In this document: piece after piece, positions 35,201 to 47,040 of the stretch
How the letters are laid out: each line of letters opens with the position of its first letter
How positions within the stretch are numbered: the stretch's first letter is position 1
Assembly (NCBI RefSeq): GCF_000315625.1
Contig: NW_005434614.1
Coordinates: 2,402-66,401, forward strand
Source of the DNA: Guillardia theta CCMP2712
Taxonomy: Eukaryota; Protista; Cryptophyta
Reading direction: 5' to 3'
DNA: 64,000 nucleotides
Notes under the pieces: model-generated
The model's database searches: none
Told to the model about the DNA's origin: nothing
Seen by the model: only the letters and a program-made list of their open reading frames with translations
Made by a program: the position numbers and the translations under genes

Positions 35201-35891
35201 CCACCACGTGAGGGAGCATGTCGGATAGACGAAGTCCGACTGTATACAAGCTCGTGGACTCGTTCACAGTCTCGCAGTCAACGATGTCTTGCACTCTCGC
35301 GCCCTGCTGAGGGCTCGGCGACATGAGCGTGTCTGGTGCTACGAAGTGTGGCTCCGGGGGATCGAAGCTCGAGCTGCGAGGTCGAGCAAGAGTGAGGGAT
35401 CGGTGGGAACAGAGGAGGAGAAGGCATCGACCTGGTGTCTGAGATGTAAGAGTCTTCATCATGCTGGCGCTTCTCCCTGAGACCGTTCATCCTCATTCCT
35501 CCCCTGCCTGATGCTGCAGCGCCGTCAAGACTTTGAGGCTGCTATGATCCCACTGCCTGTCGGTTACAACATAGTCAGAAATTGACGATTCCTCCCTCCC
35601 TGCCTCATCTCTTGTCTTCTCTCCACTGCCTTTCCTCAACTTTCTCCCCTCTTGACCTGCCTCTAGGCAGTGCACTTGCCCACTCTACTGAAGATAAACG
35701 TGTTGAAGAACTAGAGACCAGGATCAATCGAGCTGGGGCGTTCCATAGAAATATTCAGAAGGCGATCTGACTCGTGACGGATAAACCGCTGATCACAACC
35801 GTGATCACTCCACAAGACAACATTGCCAACAACAGGACACTTGCCCCCTACACACATCTGAGATATTACGTCTCGCCGAAAGTGGAAACAT
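32248..35891 (-). CDS. Multi-PDZ coiled-coil protein
   Basis: C-terminal PDZ AGVGMLL...VFVKKIHSGGSVEGDGRIRVMDRLLKVNE...LVKGEEGTEV. Further PDZ-like ends (LIERMYGDGRVGSKCRLTV; KKLLTGIKDSLVKLVFQR). Pro/Ala linker and coiled-coil exons. Start approximate. Confidence 0.8.
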
Positions 35892-36119
35892 CCTATCATC
35901 AACCCACGAGCCACGGATCTCGTTCAACTTTCACACTGACATGTGAGGAGCTCAGCGGCTCTTGACTTCCTCTCTGTTCTCTTCTACGTGTCCGCCATCC
36001 TCGCTCCTGTTCCCTCCCTCTCACCATCCCCTCCCTCGCCTTCTCTTCCTCTTCTCCTTCCCCTCACCGCATGTAGGCTGCATCCGGCGGCAGCACATTA
36101 GGGCCACTTGTCGATAACC

Positions 36120-36570
36120 CTCATCCCCCGACCGTCGGACTGCCTCCAGAACCCGCATCCCACCTCAGACCCATCTGATCCAGCTGATCATCCCCCTCAT
36201 TCTCCCACATCCCTTGGTACCCCACCAGAGGTACTCTACCAGGTACCCCTCTAGGTACCCGTCTAGGTTACCCTCTAGGTACCCCACCCCCCCTGAGCGT
36301 TAGATACGAAAAACACACTTTGAAGGGAAGGGACCAAAAATAATAAAATGCATTTCGGGGGGGTCTACATAAATAGTTTTAAAAATAGTACCATAATCTA
36401 AAATTATTGTTATAAAAACTTTGGTCTCAAGACTTAGAGCTGGCAGTAGGGTGGGGGTGCAATTGTGTGGTTCAGAGGGGGTGTAAAAATGTCACATAGA
36501 CGGGGTGGGGTGCTGACTTGATAGGGTGGGGTAGAGGCTTTTATGGGGCGCTGTCGGGGGGGTATATGAT
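36120..36570. promoter_or_regulatory. Divergent intergenic region: C-rich arm, AT-rich centre, G-rich arm
   Basis: TACCC-rich 36120-36295, AT-rich 36335-36430, GGGGT-rich 36445-36565. Confidence 0.55.
36215..36288 (+). repeat. Tandem array of ~6 degenerate 12-bp units AGGTACCCCTCT
   Basis: TGGTACCCCACC-AG-AGGTACTCTACC-AGGTACCCCTCT-AGGTACCCGTCT-AGGTTACCCTCT-AGGTACCCCACC. Confidence 0.9.
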
Positions 36571-36765
36571 AGGCGAGATTTGTAGTGGAGGAGAAGAGTG
36601 GAGCAAAGAACAAAGATACGGGGAGGCGAAGAGGACAGTGGAGAGGGGACAGGACGAGGACAGCAGAGTAGACAGACAGCAAGGGGCAGTGACACTCACA
36701 GACTGCAGCGATAGAGAGCATTGCCATACTCACTCGAAAAAAGAGATTGCAGGACAACATCTTGA

Positions 36766-37423
36766 GTGGTTCTGAAAAGAGATATGCACATAGTAACTTA
36801 CATGGCGCAGGAGCAGCAGAGGATGCAAAGACATGCCCACCCTTCAGACAAAGGGGGTGATCGAGTGTCCAGGAAGGGTCACAGCCTGCTTGCTATAAGG
36901 TATCAGGTCAGGTCCCTCATGTTCGATCAGAGGCAAAGTTTACATCGCAGAGTTCTGTCCCATGTCAAAAGACCTCTATGGTTGTATGAGGAAGTCGAGT
37001 CGGTGCTTGAAGGAGTGAGTGAAGTTTCATCATGTGTAGTGGGCGTGGATCGCACAGTGAACGATATCAGCGACTTCCAGCAAGGACACAGGAGACCCTG
37101 TACAAAAACCGGCACCACTCGCGTTGGAGGGACTGGTCTACACTTACGGAATTTTAGGATCGTGCGACATATCTTAGGGTTTGACGATGGAAGAAGGCTG
37201 TGCGCCAAGCATGAGAAGTCATTCAAAGATCAAGGGAAGGAGGTGGATGAAGGCGACGTTAACGATAAGGTGGAATGGGGGAGAAGTGCAAGTCCGGTGT
37301 ACGGAATGCACATGGAGCATCACCTTGATCATTGGCTCCCCTTGCACGAATGCAGACCACTGCTACAACCTCCCGAAGATTTTGGAACCGTGGAAAAGAG
37401 TTGATGGAATGCCTGACATATAA
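36766..37423 (+). CDS. Hypothetical protein, exon structure unresolved
   Basis: Complex sequence with overlapping ORFs and several AG/GT-bounded segments. No domain recognised. Confidence 0.3.
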
Positions 37424-37618
37424 CAAGAACTAGTGAAGGGGTCGATTTGCGATTGATTTTTCGAATGCACAATCAAGTTCTCCTTTTCTCTGACTTAAAA
37501 TCGTTTTCTGGATAAGACACATTCCTATTCTCTTCTTGCTTCTCAGATTGTTTCGGCACGTCAGTTGTTATAATCCACATCAAAACTGAATAAAGAAGAT
37601 TCTTCAGTGCATTTAATG

Positions 37619-39734
37619 TTAACGAGTTGAAGTCCCTCCGAATCCAGTTGATCGACGAACCGTACCAGCTGCAGCAACATCATGTCAGCAACACTAGACC
37701 ACTTAATGCAGATCTAGATCAACGTACTCGAGGTCGAAGATCTCCTCTCCTCCGCCTCCTGCCTCTGCCTCTCGTTCGACTGCGAGCTCCAGCGTTGGCG
37801 AGGATAGCTCTCCTACCCAAAGAGATGAGCACAGAAAGTCTGCACATCGACTCATGTAACCTGGTATTGCGTGCTGGTATGATAGGCAGGGCGTCCGCCC
37901 CATCCCCATCCTTGGTGACCCCATCCTTTGCAGAAGCTCAGGAAACCACTGAAGCACCCCTCCTCCTACCTCCATGTCCTCCTGCACCTCCCCATCCGTT
38001 ACCCCAACCTGAGACTGTGTCTTAGCACCGCTCTCTTGTTTTCTTGCTCCTCACCCCATCCACCTCCTTGTCTGCCTCCAAACAGGGAGGCAAGCGTTCC
38101 TCCGATGGCTGCTCCCGTCCAAAAACCATTTGCACCGCCAAAGAAGCCGTTGTTCGCCTGGTACGCATGGGATGCACTGTAGGGTGGAGGAGGAGCATGA
38201 TGGGCGTCTGGGTTGTAGGGGGGTGGCCTTCCTCCATGAGCTCCCGACCCCCCACTCGCGCCTCCTGAGCTTGATCGCTCTCGCCTGGAGATTTCTCATC
38301 GCCAAGTTTTGGATTCAGGCATCTTACATGCAAACAAGAATTCCGATGCCAATCAAAACCGCAATTAGAATCCAGAAGGCAAGCGAGTCGTCGTCGGAGC
38401 TGTATGGAAACATCCCGTCATAATGGTGCACACACAAGGGCGGCGGCGAAAGTACGACCTGCCCGTGCTCCTTCTCGAGCCTCGCGATCCATGTCTTGAG
38501 TTGTCTTGATGGGGCCGGGAAGTGTCTCCTTGCTTTTCTGAAAGTTTGAGATTGGAGTCAACACGGGACAACCTCATGACTCAACACAGCAGAGAGATAT
38601 TCTATCGCGATTGCAAACTATGTGGGGTTGTTAACTGCTGTGGTCAAACATACTCGTGTAGTGCAAAGAATACTCCAGCCCGCAACTTCCCCTGAGCTTC
38701 AGGCGATCCGTCCTGCTGGAGTAACCTGCCACAATCAGAATCAAACATCGCATCAGAGCCGTCGGATGTCACATTTGGCAATGATAGCATGCCAAAGCAG
38801 CAGTAGCAGCGCCAAAAGGCTCCCGTACCTTCACAATTGACGTTGATTTCTCCAAGACGAAGGCTTGAGTCGAGATCGACATCACATCTGACATCAAGCT
38901 CAAAAAACTCTCATCCTGACGTCGGCAAGCTTGTTCACACCTCCACTGTACTTCTCCAAGATCATCTGCTCCTACATTACGACATTGGATCGCGCTAATC
39001 TCTTGTGCATGCCTCCTGCGGAACTCAGTCAGGAAAGTAGCGTCGCATATCGCAAGGAACGCACGAGCAGGCAGGTCCGTTCACGCAAGACAGCTGGGGG
39101 ACAGGAGCCGCTCTCCTTCCTTGCATGAAGTCCTTGTCATCACGAGTGTCTTCACAGCACCCTCCATCAACCTGCTGTCATCTTTCCCCTCCTGAAAGTC
39201 AAAACCTCGACGTCTCTGAGATCCATGGCGTCCGAATTCACGGCAGCACAGTGGCAAAGTACGCTGCCATGCAAACCCTCTCAGGGAAACAGCACAGAAG
39301 TGCGAAGCATGGAGATCCAAAGAGATATGCAGGTAGGTGGGCAGAGGAAAAATGACAACATAGAATCGTCGTCAGCAAGATAATTCAAACCACTTTGTGG
39401 GTTCGAAACTTGTACATGCACAAAACAGCCATTGTGGGTTAAAGAGGAATAAGCAGGGCCACAAAATGAGGATGAACGATGGAAAATTCATGAAATGGTC
39501 GCAACGGAGGAGTAGGAAGGAGGAAGGAGGAGGCAGTAGGGAGGCAGTGGTGGCCTGGGAGCAGGATGAAGGAGGAAGGAGGAACGAGGAAGGAGGAACG
39601 AGGGAGAAGGGAGGAGGAAGGAGGAAGGAGGAAGGAGGGAGGAGGGAACGGAAAAGGATCAGGTGAAGGAGGTGGAGGAGAGCTGCGGGTCTGTACCTGT
39701 GCATCAGCGCAAGGCGAAGGAGGAAAACCACCAT
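37619..39734 (-). CDS. SARAF: SARAF/TMEM66 (store-operated Ca2+ entry-associated regulatory factor) homolog
   Basis: Spliced: MDLRDVEVLTFRRE, GRRAAPVPQLSCVNGPAC, AIQCRNVG...EVQW, DLDSSLRLGEINVNCE, LRGSCGLEYSL, TM LAFWILIAVLIGIGILVCM, PPPPYS, GFWTGAAIGGTLASLFG, C-terminal STGFGGTSTR*. Confidence 0.9.
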
Positions 39735-40339
39735 GGCACAAACCTTGGTAAGATGGTGGCTAGTGAAATTACCGGTGCATTTTCAAGAGATTGAGGGGGT
39801 AGGGGTGATACATTTTTTGTATTCAGGGAGCGATGGCGGGAGTAATGGGGCGACCAGTAGGAATGGAGGAGGGGAGCGGAGGAAGGGGGGCGGGGGGGCG
39901 GAGGGGCGGGGGACGAAGCAGGGAGCAGGGAGGACATCTTGAAGAGGAAACGGTGGGAGGAGAAGGCAGGAGGAGAAAGTGTGGGAAACGGGTTTCGGAG
40001 GGAAGGAAGAAATATGCGTGTAAAAGGCGTTGTAATCGGGGAATGGCATGCGAAGGGTGATGGGGGTTGCGAGGGGGGGATGAGGATGGGAGGTGGAATG
40101 AGGGGGTTGTAATATGTACATGCAGGAAATGCTGATGAGATTAAGAGCTGAGAAGAGTTCTATATGCTTCTCATGACAGGTGCAGTAAGGTATGCGGAAG
40201 TATGAGTCAAAACCCGCAGACTGGTGAAGCTCGCAATTTTCCTTATCCCTTTCTATTTCCACCGTTTCCTCTCTTTAATTTCCTCCCCCCGTTGGTGCCA
40301 CTGTTGCCCTTGAATCGCTTGCCGCTACCATCGAATGCC

Positions 40340-43300
40340 TACAATTCCTTGAGGCTCGTGAACCAGCCTATGCAAAGACGAGAACAACCGGTGAGCCGCT
40401 CTTTCTCTTCCTCCTCAGACATGTAACTAGGATCAGTTTATTCCACAATCCAGAAGAAGGCGTGCGAGGCGGATGACAAGTGGTAAACTTCCCCCCATTA
40501 CAACCGCATGAACAGACATTCAGTTGCATGTGACGATCTGGTAGGCGGTGACGAGCCTTATTCGCCGTACAGCGACACGCTGCAGAGGGCAGACTCGGTT
40601 TCCAGTAGTGAGAATCCAACATTGTGAGCTTTGAGTTCAAGAGCTCACGTCGTTGATGTGACTTTCTCGTTTGAAGGGATAGTCGTTCCCATGTGAGCAG
40701 TACAGTACGGATACAAGACCAATCCGGCGCTACTGCAAATACCTCGTCATCGTTGATCAATCTCCAATCGGGGACAATAAGTAATGCTTTCGAGGCTGAC
40801 AAAAACATACCGTCAAGTCCACAGAGAGGTGGTCCTTTGACTTGCATTCTTGTGAGATGCTGAATGTGATCTTGTAAGATTTATCACTGTCACAAGCGAA
40901 GACAGAGACGACGGAAATCACATGTGTGTCCTCAACAGTAGAAAATGACGTTGACACCGGACCAGGTATTTGCTGCCTGTAGATTCCTCCAGAATCGTTG
41001 TGACTTCAGCTTGCCAGAAACAAACCAGAAAATTGACTCAGAAGAGATGAAAGCTAGTCTGCCGACAAAACGAGGCAGATCCAACTCCCCTGCCATCGCT
41101 AACAAAAGACAGGAGACTGATGAAGGTGTGGGCAAACATTCCGATAATCGTGGAATATAGTGATACCAAGCAGCAGAGCTCAGGAACACGATGCGAGGCA
41201 GCAGGAATGATGAAGGCTCGGAAAGCCCGGATTGGCGGGAGAGGAGCCCGTCGAGTTCCCGGTCTCGCCCAAGACGAAGAAGGGGAGCAAGATCCTTGAC
41301 TCCACAACACGTTGGAGTCAGACGAGGTAGACGACGAGTTCGAGGAGATGCTAGAGAAAGGGTAGCCAAGTGGTTCCGGGAGTAAGTGCCAAGAAGCATG
41401 TAGAAGAAGGATTAATCTATAGCGTGTTCTGCTTGTGTGCGCGGAGGGAAGAATGAAGTAGAGGCGGGAAGCAGAATGTTGTTGAATGTGCTCTACTTGC
41501 ATGAGACAAGGGGTATGAGGGTGTGAGGGTAAAGATGTGCATCGCAGGTAAAGGTGGACCCTTAGGGCGTAGGAGAAAGAGAAAATCTGCTTCACCTAAA
41601 GGTGGAGGAGAGGGGAATGCGTCTCAAAAAGAAGCACGGCCGGCTGGAGCAGGCCGGGCCCCCAGCCCATGCTTGCGCAGGCGGAGCCCGTCCAGGTCGC
41701 TGTCTCCTCGGAGACAAGGAGGGGGGCCGGGACGGTCGCCATCGCGGGAGCGAGGAGGAGGAGGGGGACGAGGTAGGAGGAGAAGAATTGTTCTCGCCTC
41801 GTCAGAACGTAACGTGCAGTCCAGGAAGTCCAAGTGGAAGCCCGACGTCGCCGAGTTGGAGCCGGTCAAGATCACCATCATCAAAGCGCTCCATGCCGGG
41901 TGAACGGAAGGGAGATCAGCAAGGTCAGTGGAGAAATTCAGCAACAACGCGCATGCGAATGGGGGGAAAGTGAGAACGGGGATGAGAGACACGGGGTCCA
42001 GCCACGAGGGCTGAGGAAGATGAGCAGATTCTAGTGGAAATGCATGGAGGATGCAAGGGATGTGGAAGCTGAAGGATTCGCAGGAGATGGTGGGGGATGC
42101 GGCAGAGCTGTCCAAACTAGTGGAGGAGCAAGCCCTGGAAAGCGGAAGAGAAGCCGGTCAAGTTCGTTGTCCCCGAGAGGGCGGGAATTGGGGCCTCGAC
42201 AATCGCCACTGCGGGAACGGGGAGGGGGACCAGGTGAGGGAGGCAGGATAAGGATAAACAGTGAGAGCAGTGGCCGTCTGGCGGCCTGTATGTTGTCTGT
42301 CATCTGTCGTCAAGATATTCAGCGCATGATTTGGTCGCCTGTAGTTTTTACTCTTGATCGTTCTCACACATATACCCGTTTGACAACTTTGCTTGACATG
42401 TACCTGATGTGTTACTTGGCTCCCTATGAATTGCGCCTGATTCAAACAATCAATGAATTTTATTGTAGATGAGAATGGAGGGCAGCGACTCAAGGAGGAG
42501 CGCGACCGACTCCAGCAGGAGCAGGCCGGGCCCCCAGCCCGGGCTGGCGCAGGCGAAGTGTGTCCAGGTCGCTATCTCCTCGGAGACAAGGAGGGTGGCC
42601 GAGGCGGTCGCCATCGCGGGAGCGAGGAGGAGGAGGGGGACGAGGTGAGAGAGGAGGAGGGGGACGAGGTAGGAGGAGACGGGGGCGGATGTGGGAAGGG
42701 AGAGACATCGATCAGGATGACCATAACGGAGAAGGAGGGGAAGAGGATGACGATGGAATGCAGCAGGGAGACAGCGGCGGCTGATATATTCGGCAGGAGC
42801 ACCAGGAGGAGGCCGGGGCCCCAGCCCGGGCTGGCGCAGGCGAAGTGTGTCTAGGTCGCTATCTCCTCGGAGACAGGGAGGGTGGCAGAGACGGTCGCCA
42901 TCGCGGGAGCGAGGAGGAGGACGAGGACGAGGTGAGAGCGGAGTCGAAGATAGTTGGTGATGTCAGCAAGGGAGAGATGGTCATTGAATGTTTGAAGAGA
43001 TAGAGCGAGAGGGGCAGGACGATGGAGAGAACCAGGGTTTCTAAGCAGGGAAGGGAGGCAAGAACATGATTGTGTGACATACTGCGCAGGGAATGTCAAG
43101 AACAGCAGGGCAGGAGCTGGAGGAGATCGGCCGCCTGTCAGGGACTCGTCAGGTGAAAGCTCTCATTGCCAGCTATAAGGGAATGACTATGAACGCCTTT
43201 CAGCTCCTCAGGCTCTCTCGGGGTCGATTGAAGGTCGTCAGCTGCATCAAGGTGAGCTAGCCTCTAGTTTTGCTGCCTTGCCTTCCTTGAACACTCCCAC

Positions 43301-43480
43301 GTCCCGGGCTCTTCTTATGGATTTTGCAGCAGTTGGCCAAGCTGCGGCTCGTGACGTCAGGTATCTTCGCTTCCGTTGATTGCTTTGCCTGTCAGCCTTA
43401 GTTGTGATTGTCGACCCTGTAGGAAATCTCCAGCGCTTCCACTGTCATCGTCTTCCACAAGCAATTCCCTTCAGCAAGTG
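40340..43480 (+). CDS. Arg/Ser(RS/SP)-rich, low-complexity, probably nuclear protein; boundaries approximate
   Basis: Exons [45 protein letters not shown] with GT-AG boundaries. Confidence 0.5.
41646..42935 (+). repeat. Three ~125-bp copies of an RS-encoding segment (41646-41775, 42518-42650, 42810-42935)
   Basis: Shared GGCC..CCCAGCCC...GCGCAGGCG...AGGTCGCT.TCTCCTCGGAGACA.GGAGGG...CGGTCGCCATCGCGGGAGCGAGGAGGAG. Confidence 0.92.
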
Positions 43481-43737
43481 AAACATGGTGAACTTTTGAT
43501 TTGTGATTGGGACTTTTTTGGCGACTGAACGATGCTTCTCCCGCCTCACTATCATTTTCTTCTTGAAGATCCGCATGGAAAAAGTTCTGCTGGCAAGATC
43601 GTGAAGTCCAGGGCGGAGTCGCTGGGGTAGTAATTCCTCCTCCTCCTCCTCCTCCTCCTCCTCCTCCTCCTCCTCCTTCTCCTCCTCCTCCTCCTTCTCC
43701 TCCTCCTCTAGAAACACGCGCTGAACAACTTTCTAGT

Positions 43738-46576
43738 ATGGCTGGGGTTGATCTACGGGAGGAATCTAAATTACAAGTTCATGTGATACAGCGAACAAAC
43801 AAAGATTGGTCTCTGACCCTCTTGACTCGCCAGAAGAAGGATGTTGGCGCCCTCGCTGCGGAAAAACCAAGTGCGGGCGCAAACTTCTACAGATTTCCTG
43901 CTGACACTTGACTGCAGCTGGACTTGCAGCTGGACTTGCTCATCTGCAGGGACCGGAAATCTCGACCCCCCCGATGTGACGCTCCCTTGATGGTTGGCGT
44001 CCCTGGACTGACCGGGCTGAGCAGCACCAGCCTGCAGATGAAGGCGAACGTGGAGACGGTGGAGAGGAGGGGGGCAGGGAGTTCAGATGTTGCAGACAAG
44101 ATTAACGAGGAGATAGCCTGCATCTCTTCGTCATATGGAGACGATTCTGAGGAGGGTGAGCGAACTTGACAGCTGCAAGTTCGGACTCGAGTGACCTTGA
44201 TGTCCGATCAGATCTCGTCAATGATCGCAAACAAGTCAAGTTGTTCAAGACAGGTGCTGATCTTGTGACTGTCCAACACAAAGAGACGTCGCAAGCTTGT
44301 GATACAACGATCGCTGCTTCCCTTCTACCCTGTCGCCCTGATCCTCTCCAGCAGATGCACTTCCACCCGACTTGGAGCTTCGGGTGAGGCAGCTAGAGGA
44401 CAAGGAACTTCGACTCGGCGAGCTAGAGAGAAGCTTGATGATGAAGGAGAACCAGATCATGACACAGATCGCGTTCGATGACATCCGGTGTGAGGCCATG
44501 GCGGCAGAGATCAAGAGCAACCAGCAGCTGCTGCAGAACCTGCAGTCGGAAGTCTCCCTGCTCCACCAGACCGTCTCCTCCCGGGACAGCGAGATCGAGA
44601 CTTTGAAGAAGAAGTGGGAGGACCTTCACGAAGCTATCGAGTGCAGCGTCTGCCTCGAGCGACCAGCCAAGGTCGCCTGCTCGCCATGCGGGCATTGCTT
44701 CTGCTGCGACGAGGCCTGTGGCTCCTCCTCCTTGCAGAGCTGCCCTGAGTGCCGCTCGTCCATTGAAGGGAGGACGCAGCTGTACGGGCCACTCTGCTTT
44801 CTGGAGCAGCTGATGAAGAAGGAGGGCGGTGCCGGCCATCTTGCAGAGTCCTCGAGGTCGCGCAGGTCGAGGAAGGAGGTAGAGGAGCTGGAGGAGAAGG
44901 TGCGGGGGCAGGAAGAGACGTGCAAGCAGAAGGAGGAGGAGATGGAAGAGCTGAAGGGTCGGCTGCAACTCATTTCGCAGGAGATGTCATTGCTGCACGT
45001 TCGCTGCAGAGAGTCGATCTCAATGACGAAGTCGAGGGAGGAGAAGGTCAAAGAGGATCTCTGCAGGATAGAGGAGGCGATAAACAGCTCGATCGATGGA
45101 GTAGAGAAGGTGAGAAGGGGGAGGAGGGAGGAATTAGTTGTGCTGCATGTTGTTGACTTCCCGGTCTTGCTCTAGAGCTTGGAGGACGGGCTTGTCGGGA
45201 TCGTATCTCGCAGCGTGAAGGCAGCACAGGCACGAGGAGACGTGCGGCTGATCGTCTCCTACATGCGGATGCTGCCGACATGCGCGACGGTGGCTGAGGA
45301 GGGTGTGAACGCTCTCAAGGTCTTCTTGGGCGACGAGCGCAAGAAGAGGCAGATCCTCGTGGGAGGTGGCCTGGACGTCCTAGCAGACGCGATGAGACAC
45401 TTCGGAGGGAACCCGATGCTGGTAAGGTCGGCGAGCCTAGCGATGGCGAGCGTGAGCCAGGAGGAGGAAGGGGAGCTTCTTGCGCTCGACGCGAGCAGCG
45501 TGCAGACGGTGCTGGAGGTGATGAAGGGAGGGATGAAGTCAGCAACGATCTCCATGCTGGAGGTCCTGTGGAACCTGTCGGTGCTGGACAGGAACAGGGA
45601 GACCGTCGCAGAGGCCGGGGGCATCGCCGCCATCGTGGAGGGCATGCGGCTATTCCAGGAGAACGCGACGGTGCAGGTGAAAGGGATGCTGGCGGTACGG
45701 AGACTCATCGAAGACCGTCGGGAGTATCAGATCCAAGTGGTGACGTGCAAGGGAGACGACGTGATCATCCAGAACCTCGTGTCGCACCGCTCCAACGACA
45801 GCCTGCTGGAGGAGAGCTGCTCTCTCCTGCGCATCATCGCCTGGGTGCCTAACGAGAGAAGCGAGATGATGATCTCTGTCGTGATCAGCTGCATGCGCGA
45901 GTGGCTGTGGCTCACCCGCCCCTCCATCCAGCTCCACTGCTGCGGATTCCTTCATGCTGCCGCCTCCTTCTCCAAGAACATCCCCATCATCGTCCTCGAG
46001 GGAGGCGTCGAGCTTGCGGTGAAGAGCATCCAGCTCCACAGGGCCTGCGACGAGCTCGTCCTGCTGGGGTTCAAGCTCCTGCAGAACCTCAGCAAGAGGA
46101 GCGAGGCGGCGAGGGAGAGGATCGTGCAGACCAACGCGATCAAGTTCCTGCTGGAGGTCCTCCAGCAGCAGCCCACCTGCGCCCTCGTTGCCGAGGCTTC
46201 CATCACCCTGCGCTTGCTCGTGGACGATGACGAGCACATGGCGAACCGAGTCATCCTGCAGGACGCGATCCGCTGCCTCTCCGAGGTGATGGAGGTCCAG
46301 AGCAGCGGCTCAGCTGCCCACCAGGAGGCCTCGAGCCTGCTCAAGCTGCTGCTGAGCCTGGAGAGCCCGCAAAGTCGTGCGGCGAGACTGGCAGAGGGAC
46401 GGGGGACGAGGGAAAGGGCTCTAAGGGCTGGGGAGAAACCTGTGGATCCCAGGCTGGAGGGGAACGAGGGCAGGAGAGGGGAGGGGCACGACGTGAAGAA
46501 GATCGACCTGGAGACGTACAGGAGCAGGAGGAGCGAGCCTGGGAGCAGCTCCTCCCGCCTGTTTACGAGGAAGTGA
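43738..46576 (+). CDS. Coiled-coil + RING-HC + armadillo-repeat protein (putative E3 ligase)
   Basis: CSVCLERPAKVACSPCGHCFCCDEAC...CPECR RING. ARM repeats (GGLDVLADAMRHF, LWNLSVLDRNRETVAEAGGIAAIVEGM). Intron ~45110-45176. Start inferred. Confidence 0.85.
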
Positions 46577-46599
46577 AGTGGAAGCTCGTCGCTCTGATA

Positions 46600-46632
<33 letters not shown>

Positions 46633-47040
46633 CCTGCTCGTGGTGGTGGTGGTGGTTTGATCTTGCTGTTCCTGCTCTTTCCTCCTGCTCTCCCCCTCTG
46701 CCGCCCTTTCTTCTTCCTTCCTGTTCTGATCTCGTTCTCGTCTCTCATTGTCCTTGTCGACTATTCTTATCTTCGTTCTTGTTCTTCTGTCTGGATTACA
46801 AGTCCTTTGCTACATATGCCTCCATGTGTTGTTCCGCCAACAACATCCGCGTCTTTGAACAGGAAACGGCACTTTCAGCCGTGTTCCGTCCTTCGCACTT
46901 CACATCATCGCAATCGAGATGTTCAGTTTTCACCTACCGGGTCCTTCTACTCCTCCACTCATCTTCTCCTTCTCTTGTCATCGTGAACATTTGTTACGAG
47001 ATGTTGTTAACATAGCAACTTATCATCATTTCTGCGCTGA

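Noticed and set aside
36215-36288. CRISPR-like or telomeric array
   Set aside because: Adjacent 12-bp units without spacers, eukaryotic context, and not a uniform telomere repeat.
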